Of a DNA stretch of 64,000 nt, positions 47,417 to 60,215 are shown piece by piece; positions within the stretch are counted from its first letter, which is position 1, and each line of letters opens with the position of its first letter. Both the position numbers and the translations under genes were made by a program. The stretch covers positions 310,001 through 374,000 of the forward strand of contig NW_026933711.1 in the NCBI RefSeq assembly GCF_032062105.1. Direction: 5' to 3'. A model generated the notes under the pieces. It worked only from the letters and a program-made list of their open reading frames with translations. It made no database searches and was not told where the DNA came from. This stretch comes from Saccostrea cucullata (lineage: Eukaryota).

Positions 47417-48813
47417 TGTAACGGACCTGAGCTGCTTGGATCTCACACACAAGTACTCCTTAGAAGCCTACACGGGAATAACCCATGTAGTACTGTGATT
47501 ATTTCCGAGAATAACCCGTAAATAAAGATCTCTTATAATAACACAAGAATAACCTGTGTTTGGACTCGTAAATAACTACGGGGAAGTTAAATGATAAGCC
47601 TTATTTAAAGTTTACAAATTTATTCAATAAATAAAAGTCACAATATGTTTTAATTAGTATTCAATTACAATAAAATTCAATGGAAGTCGGGAATCACCCA
47701 AATTCACAATGAAATACTACACTAACACAACCTTCGTATTACGTTAATACGATAAAAGGGGGGGGCGCACTAAACGAGAATGACCCGAATAGTGAATAAT
47801 AAATACTATAGAAATACCTTAGAATAACCAAAGTATTTCTGAACAAATCTATCCAACTATTTAAAGCAAGAAATTTATCTCTATAATTTCTATATCAAAT
47901 CCTAGCCTTAATTCCTGCTTGAATATTCCAATAAATGCAACTAGATTATCACTTTAAATTGATTGAATTCCTAAAATCTATCAAAGATAAACAATTATTT
48001 ACACGGAAAGACTTCAAGACTCACTTTCAGTCAAACCGTAACAAGATTATTTAATCGTTCAATATCGAGATTAACCCAATATAAACGTCCTACGATAAAT
48101 ACTAGTAATTAATAGTGAAACGAGATTAACCCGTATTCACTATAAGAAAAATTGATGAATTAATTCAAAAAAATTACTAAATTCCTAATGAAAAATGCTA
48201 AGAATCAAATAAACAACCGCTAACCTCAAAATCTAAATGCCGAGTCCCCCCGGCAGTTCTTATCCTCTGCTTATATCGCTCTGGAGAGTCCCCCCGGAGA
48301 CCCACGCGCTTCCCTAGGGACGACCGGCAGATCTCCGGTATCACCGGCAGTCACCGGCAGCCACCGGCAATAATCATTGTCAAAATATGTTTAATAATTA
48401 CAATAGATAATCGATATAAAAATATGACAATCATAAAGTAAAACATTTACTACAATATGACAATATTCCCCAAGTATTAGATTTCGATAAAAAATGCTTA
48501 GTACAGAGAAATTACAATTAGAATCGGGCGTGATATTCCACAAAATAATCAACATGATGGCGGTTTTCTATAAATAAAGTTTCAGAATCAGAAACGATAT
48601 TTACAACAAATCTAGCGTTTTACAATACTGATATTAATCCAGGATGTTAATATGATAATAATAGATCGTTCTCTTCTATATGTGTAAGTACAGTGAATCA
48701 AATAAGACGAAATTTAACCGTTTATACGATCTACAAATCATAGTATCAAATCAATGTATAGGGTAACATGAAATCTATATAAAACAAACTGCATCATTGT
48801 CACAATCGTGACA
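47417..48813 (-). repeat. 5' LTR (copy C, 1397 bp)
   Basis: TGTCACGATTGTGACA...GGTCCGTTACA, followed on the - strand by TT and the PBS. Confidence 0.93.
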
Positions 48814-49838
48814 TATATATTGTTTTAGGTTTTAACTTTGAAAAATCTTAGATTTAGATATTGTCTAAGTTAACATGGATTAGCAGAAAAACTTATCAAA
48901 GAATTTTTTTTTTTTGATGAGCATTGTAAAATTGTCAAATTCATGAGATGTCCATTCTATGCATTGACTTATCTTATGAATTGTCATTTGATGATTTGTT
49001 GTATCTATGAGGTGGCTTTGTCTTACATGAAGTATGAAGTTTCACATATGTTTTAGTTTTGGGTTATAAATTATGCACACACAAAATTGACAATTATTCT
49101 TTAAATAATAAGTTGATACAATATAACTTTGCCTCTCTTATGTAAAAACTAATTTTTAACCTCTCTATTAAATATACAATTAAAAATTGCATGCACACAC
49201 TGATGGACAATTACGATTTGCCCATGTCTCGTTAGATTAATTACATTCTTACCTAAAGTCAGTGTTCAAAAGTATACATTGCATGAAAGGGGGCGTGGCA
49301 GCTCTATCATGAGTGTAGATTACATTACAATGTAAGTGACCAATGACCTCGGTTAGATTTTTCTTTATTAATTATACAGCTAACTTCACCAGAGAGTGTC
49401 ATTGCTATCTAAACTGTTGGCACTTGGCTGTAAAGAAAAGACTATGATGAATGAGAATGTTCAGGTCAGGTCATTACTATGGGGTGAAAAATAAAGGGGG
49501 TGATGTTTCTTACAACGTTAAGTCATATGATGGAACTATTTATTTATAATACAGGAAGAGATGAGTTATAAGGGGATCTTTATTTTAGAGGAAATTCTTT
49601 TTGCTGTTGATTTCAGTGTAGTTTTGAAAAGGTAGGATTTGATAATCTTCAAGCCAAACTTTTTTTTCATCTAAGCTTTAAGAAGACTTATGAAAACTAT
49701 AAATCAGTGCAAAAGAGGGTACATGTATATTAAAAGAATTATTAATAAACAATAAAATTTTATAAGACAGAAATAATCTGAATGGTTTGAATTTATTTTG
49801 CTACCATTTTTTTTTTGTTATGCAAGCATACAATTTTT

Positions 49839-50108
49839 TTAGGTGCCCAGATCGATAGATCGGGGGTGCATATTGTTTTTGTCCTGTCTGTCTGTTTGTC
49901 TGTCTGTTGTCAACTTTAACCTTCGCCATAACTTGTGAACCATTAGAGATAGACTTCATATTTGGTATGCCTACTCCACTAATTAAGTTCTTTCAAATGC
50001 CAACAAGGCCAATGACCTTCTGACCTTGATTGTAACCTATATGCTAAAAATAGCTTTTTCGAACTTTGTTGCCGCTGGGTGCATAGTGTTTCACAAACAC
50101 ATCTTGTT
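49839..50108 (+). mobile_element. Short non-autonomous Helentron
   Basis: GTCT microsatellite, GGGTGCATA subTIR, GTGTTTCACAAACAC palindrome, TCTTGTT end. Confidence 0.7.
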
Positions 50109-50346
50109 TTAAAATGCCAAAAATTGTATACTTTTTTGACCATGGGCTAAGATTCTTGTGAATGCAATATCAAGCAACCTGTATGCACATTTTGTAAAAA
50201 ATATTGGAAACTGATTGGTATCTACCTGTCTCAGTGATCTTAGAATTACTTAAGTCTTATCTCTAACCCCCCCCCCCCATCAACATTATTTTTTCACGAA
50301 TTATCCACATCTATCTTCCCTGATATAATATTTTTACAGTGTATTT

Positions 50347-50407
50347 TTAGCTCTACTGGTCAGAGACCAGAAGAGCTTATGCGATAGTAATGCGTCCGGC
50401 GTCCGTC

Positions 50408-50442
<35 letters not shown>

Positions 50443-51863
50443 CTGTCCGTCTGTCTGTAAACAATTTTTCAAAATGCTACTCCTCCTACAACTTTAGTCT
50501 GATTTCAATATTACTTGGCACACAAGTAGACTACACTAAGATACATAGAATAGTGCATCGGTTTTTGATTTCGATGAACGGTGTTGCCATGGTTACTAAA
50601 AATAGAATTTTCTGTGAAATTCCTTTAAAACGCTACTCCTTCTACAGTTTTTGTCTGATTTCAATATAACTTGGCACACAAGTAGACTACACTAAGATAC
50701 ATAGAATAGTGCATCGGTTTTTGATTTCGATGAACGGTGTTGCCATGGTTACTAAAAATAGAATTTTCTGTGAAATTCCTTTAAAACGCTACTCCTTCTA
50801 CAGTTTTGGTCTGATTTCAATATAACTTGGCACACAAGTAGACTACACTAAGATACATAGAATAGTGCATCGGTTTTTGATTTCGATGAACGGTGTTGCC
50901 ATGGTTACTAAAAATAGAATTTTCTGTGAAATTCCTTAAAAACGCTACTCCTTCTACAGTTTTTGTCTGATTTCAATATAACTTGGCACAAAAGTAGACT
51001 ACACTAAGATACATAGATTATGTGCATCGGTTTTTGATTTCGATGAACGGTGTTGCCATGGTTACTAAAAATAGAATTTTCTGTGAAATTCCTTCAAAAT
51101 GCTACTCCTTCTACAGTTTTTGTCTGATTTCAATATAACTTGGCACACAAGTAGACTACACTAAGATACATAGAATAGTGCATCGGTTTTTAATTTCGAT
51201 GAACGGTGTTGCCATGGTTACTAAAAATAGAATTTTCTGTGAAATTCCTTAAAAACGCTACTCTTTCTACAGTTTTTGTCTGATTTCAGTATAACTTGGT
51301 ACACAAGTAGACTACACTAAGATACATAGAATAGTGCATCGGTTTTTGATTTCAATGAACGGTGTTGCCATGCTTACAAAAAATAGAATTTTCTATGAAA
51401 TTCCTTTAAAATGCTACTCCTTCTACAGTTTTGGTCTGATTTCAATATAACTGGGCACACAAGTAGACTACACTAAGATACATAGAATAGTGCATCGGTT
51501 TTTAATTTCGATGAACGGTGTTGCCATGGTTATTAAAAATAGAATTTTCTGTGAAATTCCTTAAAAACGCTACTCTTTCTACAGTTTTTGTCTAATTTCA
51601 GTATAACTTGGTACACAAGTAGACTACACTAAGATACATAGAATAGTGCATCGGTTTTTGATTTCGGTGAACGGTGTTGCCATGGTTACTAAAAATAGAA
51701 TTCTCTGTGAAATTCCTTTAAAACACTACTCCTTCTACAGTTTTGGTCTGATTTCAAAATAAGTTGGCACACAAGTAGACTACACAAAGATACATAAAAT
51801 AGTGCAATGGTTTTTGATAAGTACAAACCAGTAGAGCTACAGTCTCGACAGAGACTTCTGGTT
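50347..51863 (+). mobile_element. Young non-autonomous Helentron with about 9 x 156-bp tandem monomers
   Basis: TTAGCTCTACTGG...CCAGTAGAGCTA subTIRs, (GTCC/GTCT)n, AGTCTCGACAGAGACT 3' palindrome. Confidence 0.88.
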
Positions 51864-52558
51864 ATGTAAGCATAGTGTGTGTTCTGTCAGAGATTATCTA
51901 TGATCTCAACACTATTTTTTGTTGGCAGGGCTCACACAAGTTACGAAGGTTGCATTGCACAAGTCAGTATAATTTCTTGTAGTTATAAATATGAACTTAC
52001 TATGCCAATTGCATGCATCTCATTATCCTATGTTGAGGATAATTCTGATGGAATATTTTTATTTGTTTTGGGTATAGAATATTTTGCATCCAATGCAATA
52101 CACAAGTCAGAAGAAAATTCAGCATTAGGGTTGGTTGTCAACTTCAAGCTTCATTCCTCTGGAAGAATATATTGTAGGATGTCCTTTGAAAAAATGGAGC
52201 AGGTTAATTTTTTTTTGTGAATAAAGCAGCATATATTGACTGATCTTGCATGGGTGATACATCTAAAGATGTATAGTACCAGGCTTGTTTTGTATGCTGG
52301 ATCTGACCTTCAATCATTTTCTACACGAGTGACCAAGTTAAGGTTTTGGGAGCAGGTTCATTCAAGAATAACTACATTGTAAAAAAACTTTTTTGCCTTC
52401 TGGGCGCAAAATTGGAAAATAAAATTATCTTATCTAATTACAAGACTTATGTTGACCAAACTTGCATGGATGACAAATTTACGGATGCACACTACCAAGC
52501 TTGCTTCAGATGCTGGATTTGACCTAAATTTTCTAAATGAAATACCAGGTTCAAGTTT

Positions 52559-52619
52559 TTAGCTCTACTGGTCAGAGACCAGAAGAGCTTATGCGATAGT
52601 AATGCGTCCGGCGTCCGTC

Positions 52620-52654
<35 letters not shown>

Positions 52655-53594
52655 CTGTAAACAATTTTTCAAAACGCTACTCCTCCTACAATTTTAGTCT
52701 GATTTCAATATAACTTGGCACACAAGTAGACTACACTAAGATACAAAGAATAGTGCATCGGTTTTTGATTTCAATGAACGATGTTGCCATGGTTACTAAA
52801 AATAGAATTTTCTGTGAAATTCCTTAAAAACACTACTCCTTCTACAGCTTTGGTCTGATTTCAATATAACTTGGCACACAAGTAGACTACACTAAGATAC
52901 ATAGAATAGTGCATCGGTTTTTAATTTCGATGAACGGTGTTGCCATGGTTACTAAAAATAGAATTTTCTGTGAAATTCCTTAAAAACGCTACTCCTTCTA
53001 CAGTTTTGGTCTGATTTCAATATAACTTGGCACACAAGTAGACTACACTAAGATACATAGAATAATGCATCGGTTTTTAATTTCGATGAACGGTGTTGCC
53101 ATGGTTACTAAAAATAGAATTTTCTGTGAAATTCCTTAAAAACGGTACTCCTTCTACAGTTTTGGTCTGATTTCAATATGACTTGGCACACAAGTAGACT
53201 ACACTAAGATACATAGAATAGTGCAATGGTTTTTGATTTCGATGAACGGTGTTGCCATGGTTACTAAAAATAGAATTTTCTGTGAAATTCCTTAAAAACG
53301 CTACTCCTTCTACAGTTTTGGTCTGATTTCAATATAACTTGGCACACAAGTAGACTACACTAAGATACATAGAATAGTGCATCGGTTTTTAATTTCGATG
53401 AACTGTGTTGCCATGGTTACTAAAAATAGAATTTTCTGTGAAATTCCTTTAAAACGCTACTCCTTCTACAGTTCTAGTTTGATGTCAAAATGAGTTGGCA
53501 CACAAGTAGACTACACAAAGATACATAAAATAGTGCAATGGTTTTTGATAAGTACAAACCAGTAGAGCTACAGTCTCGACAGAGACTTCTGGTT
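52559..53594 (+). mobile_element. Second copy of the same Helentron (about 6 x 156 bp), nested in an older 146-bp-array Helentron (about 52240-54010)
   Basis: Ends identical to 50347-51863; inserted at TT; the host ends with the same palindrome type as 26389-27927. Confidence 0.85.
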
Positions 53595-55539
53595 TGGACT
53601 AGGTTTTGTTATCAAAAAAACTAAAAGCCTTATATTGACCAAACTTCAATGTTTTATACATCTATAAAGGATGTACACTACCACACTTGTTTCTGATGCT
53701 GGATCTGACCTTCATTTTCCAGATGAGTGAACAAGTTAAGGTTTTTAAGCAGATTCATTCTAAAGTAACTATAGAATCTCAGTCTTGCTTCAGATGCTGG
53801 ATTTGACCTACATTTTCCAGGAAAGTGTCTAGGTTGACATTTCTGGAGCAGGTCCATTCTCAAGCAACTTTAAGACCTTCATGAGCCAAACTTGCATGGA
53901 TGATGCATTTAGGGATGCACACTACTAGATTATATATTTAGTGTGGGACTTTGCCTTACTTAAAGACAACATTTGTTGAGATGAGCTCTGTAATCTCTAA
54001 TTACTTATGTTTTTCCTCTTATATTAGAATTACAATTGTGTGGAGAAAGGAATTAACTGAAGCTGTAGCCAGTAGTAATCAGAAGAGGTGTATATCAATA
54101 TTACGTATTAATCAACATGGAAAAAAAACTGTGTTGAATTACAGTCACCCCATTATGTATAGTGATGAGCTGTACATCTGATGATTAAAAAAAAATGGAA
54201 GATAATATGAAATATTGGATCAGAATTTGCCAACTGTCAGCAAAATTTATAATTAATGTGAAATTAAAAAAAAAAGATTGTCTTTGGGACTCATACTAAA
54301 AATTGATGGCTACTATGGGACTTTAAATTCAGTTGATTAAATGTTTTTCATTACTTAAGATTTATTGTTCTAATTACTTGTGGATTTGTCGTATATCTTT
54401 TGTACATCCTGCTTCATTTTATTGTCTCTAACCTGTGCATTAGATAATGACTGTTTGCACTTTAGTTCCATCTTGAGACATTTGGCCAAGGCTTGCATTA
54501 CCTGGCTCGGTTGTCCTATTGACCTGATTTTGTGGAATTAATTCATTGCCCTCGGCATTACAGGTATTACTTCATTTAAGGCATGTGACTTCATACATAT
54601 TCCAAAAACTGTCTTATTGTATTTTAATTTATAGTCATTAATTACTTGATAATAGTATTTTCAGATAGTCACAGTAATTAACAGTCATGTATTTATAGTT
54701 CTTGGTGTGGTAAATTGTGTCATCTAGCTTGTCCACAAATTAGACTTTTGGACTATTCAAAATACTTGAGCCAAAAAAGGTTCAAAGTTCAAGAGCAGAT
54801 CTTTTGACTCGTGGTCAAAGGTAAAATGTGTGATTTTTCAGGGGCATTGTGACAAAGAAATACATCTGGTTTACTTACACTGTAATAAATAATTCACTGG
54901 AAAAATAATTGATTTTATTGGTTTGATTGCATTCTTATTTGTATCATTTTCTATTGCTTGAGGATATGAATCAGTTTCTGAATAGGGATTATAACACCTT
55001 AATATTATTAGAGCAACATTATTAGAATTATAAACCTTTAGGAATTCTTCTCACTTGAACAACATTTTCTCCTACTGGTAGAAGTTTTGGAGTTCTTCTT
55101 TTAATTTTAGTTGGTTTCCTAGTTATTTAGACATGAACATTAGAACATTCTAGGGAAAGGGCGTTTTAAGTTTGCAGAACTTGCGCCCAATCCCTTTGTA
55201 ATTATATTACAATAAAATATGTTCAAATCAACATAAGAAAAATTAGCAGACACCTTTACTGTAAACTGGATTTTGTCAGAATCGATTAAGCTGCAACTCA
55301 AAGGATATTCTTTATTGTCAGTTTTCCTGCATAACATTAAATTTTTAGATTAATAAAGAATGAATCGTTTAAACGTCCACATTTGGCCCCCCGATAATTT
55401 ACAAAAAATAAATTTAAACATTTTCTACATATTTTTGTCTCAATCTTTCCATCAAACATTGTAGTTTTTAAATTTCTTTTTCAATTTTCACTTCCTTGCA
55501 CTGTAATTGAGTATTTATCTGATTAATATAGCAGGGGTA

Positions 55540-56962
55540 CAGTGGCGGATCCAGAAGTTCATGTAGGGGGGTTTTGAGGCCCAAAGGGCGGAAGGGGGAG
55601 GGCATGGGAGGGGGTGTCCCCCTCCCATAGGTGGGGGTTCGGGGGCCTCCCCCGAGAAAATTTTGTTTTAAATGGTTCTAAATGGTGCATTTTCCAGCAT
55701 TTTAGGAGTACTTTTTGTAGCTTTTTTAAAGACCGATCATCACAAATTTTTAATAAAATGTTTTCAATTTAATTTAACTTTAACACAAGACTTTAGACTT
55801 TGCTTTAAAAAAATGTTAAATCTGACAATTTTAGGAATGCAAGCAGTTGACTTAAAGTTGTCTTAGTTTACTTTAAATGCACCTACATGTACAATTAATT
55901 TAGTTCTATGTCAAGCTGACTTCCAAGATACAACTAATGTGCAAATTTTTAAACACTAAAAAAATTAAAAATTGAATTCTTTTCAGAATCCCTAACTTGT
56001 GCTTTTCAACTTACTTGAGTATATACTGACAATATGATTTGGAATATAAACACACGTGTACAACTAATGAAATTTCAAACTGTCTTAACTGAAGAAAAAA
56101 TTTACATAAACTGGAGAATCTGTCAAAACTAGAGGGGTTTGCTAGGCCAACCTGGTTTTGTAAAAAAAATATATTAATTTAATTTTAAAACGGTAAAAAA
56201 AACCCTGAATAATATTTTATTCTTAGTTTAAAAAACATGCATTTTATCAGCAAAAGAATATTACTGAGCTGCACCGTAACTATGCAGTTTTCTGTTGTTG
56301 GTACCTAACTACATTGTTCTGTGATCTTGTGACTTCACCACAGGCACCTGAAGTATGGACAATACCCCCCCCCCTTTTTTCTTGAAATAAAATGTAAGAG
56401 TGTATAATTCCTCGAAAATATAAAATTTCCCCGTCAAACGCATCTATATGTCGTTATATGCAAGCAGATTGTACTTTTTCTCACGTTTAAAGAATGGCCC
56501 TATTCGGTATAATAAAAATACACATTTTTATTATACCGAATAGGGCCATTCTTTAAACGTGAGAAAAAGTACAATCTGCTTGCATATAACGACATATAGA
56601 TGCGTTTGACAGGGAAATTTTATATTTTCGAGGTGTTACACACTATTGCATTTTTTTTTCATAATAAAAAAAGGGGGGTTATTGTCCATACTTCAGGTGC
56701 CTGTGACTTCACTAGATGCACAGACTACCCGATCTCTGAGGCACTCTCTCTGTTGATTACCTGTGTATTGTGTGCATTCAAGCGGAAAGAGATTTCCTGT
56801 TACATACTGGATGTATATTTCACAGTTGTACAAACAAAGGGTTTATGTTTATTAGAGTCTTATCAATGCAACAAAATGACAAAATGACACTTGTAAAAAA
56901 AAAAGATCAGTGAGCGGGGGGGTTTTCCCGAACCCCCCCAAACCCCCCTGAATCCGCCCTTG
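55540..56962. mobile_element. Non-autonomous TIR transposon with GC-rich ends and a 6-bp TSD (hAT-like)
   Basis: CAGTGGCGGATCCAG / CTGAATCCGCCCTTG; TSD GGGGTA on both sides. Confidence 0.75.
56339..56705. mobile_element. Fully palindromic foldback MITE with a 7-bp TSD (P/Galileo-like ends)
   Basis: CACAGG...CCTGTG; arms about 181 bp, loop ACAC at 56520-56523; TSD ACTTCAC. Confidence 0.85.
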
Positions 56963-58028
56963 GGGGTACGTTGTTTACATCTATTTCTCATAGACTTTAG
57001 GCCACACCCCCACTTTGCAAGCCCATTTTTTATATGAGCGCATTGATGTTTCAAGTTGTAATAAATACGGTCAATGTAAAGAGTTATACTTGTCATTTTA
57101 ATTCATGAAAGAAATTGAAACAGTCGTGCGCTCACATGTTATTTTCCCAAAAGGTGCAAAATCTCGGGTACCTGTCCCTATAGTAAAGGCACCTTGTTTA
57201 CAAATTCAATCCGCCTTTGACCTCATGAATAACAAAGCATTGAACACGTGACTCAAATCTATTCACTTTTCATGCTTTGAGCAGATCAATACAACATCGT
57301 GTCCACTGTTGCGAGCTATCGACGGTCAAATCATTTTCAAATGGGTATAATTAGACTTAAAAGTACTCTGGGATAAAATTTTTATGTCGGTATATTCAGG
57401 ACATATTCACATTTTTTTTTTATTTATTTGTTATTATAACGATATTTCAGTTGATTTTGTTTGATTTTTTTTTTTGGTATTTATCAATATATATTGGAGG
57501 CTTGTAGCATAAACCTTGCACTTACTACTTGTATCTCATTAATATAGAATTAAAAAAATACTTTGGGTATATTTGTTCCTAAGTATACTTATCACATCAG
57601 TGGAACATTCATTAAACCTTAGAAGATATTAAATATTTTTCTCTCAGTTTTTCGTTAATTTTATAGATCGTTATTTGAAAAAAATACTAATTTATCATAT
57701 CTTTAGAAAATAAACCATTTGTTACAAAAGCATACTTCCAATTTAAGAAACCTTACGGAAAAGAAATTGAAGTATGAGACATTAATAAGGCTTATATATT
57801 GGATGAAAAGTCACTGGACGAACGCATTGCACAAAATGCATGCACCCCTAATTGAATAGAGGGAAATTCCGGGTTACTTCTGACGACATGTTATAACTTT
57901 TTACAACGGCACAAAATCTAACAACAATTAAATATTAGTAACAAAAAATCGAATGATGAGGGGCGTAAATATTTTTTTGAAATGGTTTATTGTTTATCTC
58001 AATTAAACAATGCAATCTGGACTGTACA

Positions 58029-58563
58029 TAGCTGCAGGTCTGTAGCTCTCCGAAAAAAATATATTGATAGACCGGAGAGCTACAGTGCCACCCATTGAAA
58101 AAACTGTATATTTATTGCGCACAAGAAAGTGCGCTCGGTTCTTAATTAATTCTTCCAAATTCTTACCTCAATTGCAAATTAGGAAAGATTTCAAAAAATT
58201 CCTTTATCTTCTATCAAGTACTCTCGTAGTTGACATCCGAACGAAGCATATTGGACCGAATTATCTTTGAAACCAAAATGGCAGTATAAATAAGCGAAAT
58301 GTTCGATGATTACAATATCAGAGTCAGGAGGACTATTAACAACAATTATGAGGAATGTTTGGTTGTGGAAAAAGCGAAAGAATATGTTAGGAACACACGG
58401 TTAGTAATATTTTGAGATTACAGTTTGAAAAACATGGAGAAATAAATCGAGAACCGAGCGCACTTTTTTGTGCGCAATAAATATACAGTTTTTTCAATGG
58501 GTGGCACTGTAGCTCTCCGGTCTATCAATATATTTTTTTCGGAGAGCTACAGACCTGCAGCTA
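58029..58563. mobile_element. Non-autonomous AcademH-like (or MULE-like) element, ~113-bp TIRs, 9-bp TSD
   Basis: TAGCTGCAGG...CCTGCAGCTA; near-perfect long TIRs; TSD GACTGTACA (58020-58028 and 58564-58572). Confidence 0.85.
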
Positions 58564-59466
58564 GACTGTACAAAGTACGCTTGTCTAACATTGATTTTTT
58601 TTTTTATATCCAGCAACGATAATATTGACGTTTAATTTTCACTTTCTTGCGATTTTATTTTTTATACACAGAGTGAAGTTGATATAATTATCATATTTCA
58701 ACCGTATTTGGTGTAGCACACGAATTTCGCAAAATCATATATGTACATGCTATAAAATAGTTATTCATGTAAATGTAATGAGCTTTAATGTATTAATTAT
58801 AAGCTTTAATGGATTAATTATTATCTCTATAAAAATGAAGTTTTAAAGTATGAAAAAAGTGTATATATCCTGCATTATATGTTCTATTCACAAATTCGAA
58901 ATAATTGTTTCTTTATATATAAATAATTTGACGAATTTCTAATAAATCATTTCAAATATGACTCGTAAGTTAAACAGAAAAAAAAAACGAAGTTAAGCCT
59001 GACAAATTAAAAAAGGGTACTTATATTTGGTTGGTCTCTAGCACTAAATAAGAGGTTTTAGGTGTCACTTCATCATAAAACTAAGTACAATTCGAACACA
59101 CTCTAATGTATTCATACAAATCACACGCTTGATAGACGCCCCGCCTTCTCATTCAAATACTTGTTCTACAATGACCTACATAGCCGTAATGGCGAAGTTT
59201 TACAGTAAAATATGCGACTTTATTTAATCGATATCATGTATATATTGAAAGTCTCTTTCCTAAACAATCCTTTATTAGTATCTATACAGACTGTACTCGT
59301 AGACTTTAGCTATAAGATAACAATTGTCTTATTTAAAAGGGTAAGATTCTGCATGTCAAAAGGGGCGAGATTGCAGTGTTTAGAGGATTCATTCTTTAAT
59401 GAAATGAAAAGTTTTGTCCAAGAATATATCAGATATTTATATAGAGATCATATGGTCATCTGTTCA

Positions 59467-59469
<3 letters not shown>

Positions 59470-59514
<45 letters not shown>

Positions 59515-60215
59515 TTTGTCCGTCTATCTTGTCACCTTCTCACATTGTCAACTTCTTCTCTAGAACCACTGGGCCAATTTTAACCAAACTTGGTACAAAG
59601 CAATGCTGGGTGAAGGGGAGTTTCAATTATTAAACTGAAGGGCCAAATCCCCTTACATGGGGAGATAATCAAGAAAAGACAAAATAGGGTGGGGTCATTA
59701 AAAAACTTCTTCTCAAGAACCACTGTGCCAGAAAAGCAGAAATTTATGTGGAAGCATCCTTGGGTAGTGTAGATTCTAAATTTTTAAAAGCATGACCCCT
59801 GGGGTTAGGACAGGGCCACAATAGGGAAACCAAGTTTTACATTGAAATATATAGGAACAATCTTCTCCTCAAGAACCACTGGACCACAAAAGCTGAAACT
59901 TATGTGGAAGCATCCTGGGGAAGTATAGATTCTAAATTGTTAAAATCATGGCCCCGGGGGGTAGGCCGGGTCCACGATAGGGAATCCAAATTTAACATAA
60001 AAATACATCAGTAAAAATCTTCTAAAGAACCACTGGGCTAGAAAAGCTGAAACTTAAATGGAAGCATCCTTGGGTAGTGTAGATTCTAAATTGTCCAAAT
60101 CATGTCCCCTGGGGGAAGGGTGTGGCCACAATAGGTATCACAAGGGGGAAATCTGGTAAGGAACAGCATGGCCATAGTTACTCAGGTGAGCAATGCGGCC
60201 CATGGGCCTCTTATT
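59470..60215 (+). mobile_element. Cg170-type non-autonomous Helentron (same family as 645-3907)
   Basis: Same subTIRs, about 3 monomers, GGCCCATGGGCC palindrome. Confidence 0.82.

Larger units (their letters stand above)
42025..48813 (-). mobile_element. Non-autonomous Ty3/Gypsy-type LTR retrotransposon with three LTRs and only gag plus protease
   Basis: TG...CA outer termini; 4-bp TSD TATA (42021-42024 and 48814-48817); PBS, PPT, gag and protease ORFs; no room or ORF for RT, RNase H or integrase. Confidence 0.93.

Noticed and set aside
42025-48813. DIRS/Ngaro split-direct-repeat element or hammerhead retrozyme
   Set aside because: TG..CA ends, a tRNA PBS, a PPT, an aspartic protease and a 4-bp TSD indicate an integrase-type LTR element. 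No tyrosine recombinase is present and no hammerhead core (CUGANGA/GAAA) was spotted by eye.
53951-54181. ORF containing WRKELTEAV as the next GEMIN5 exon
   Set aside because: No convincing match to the expected L.LWKGD...GELTD segment; it overlaps a Helentron end
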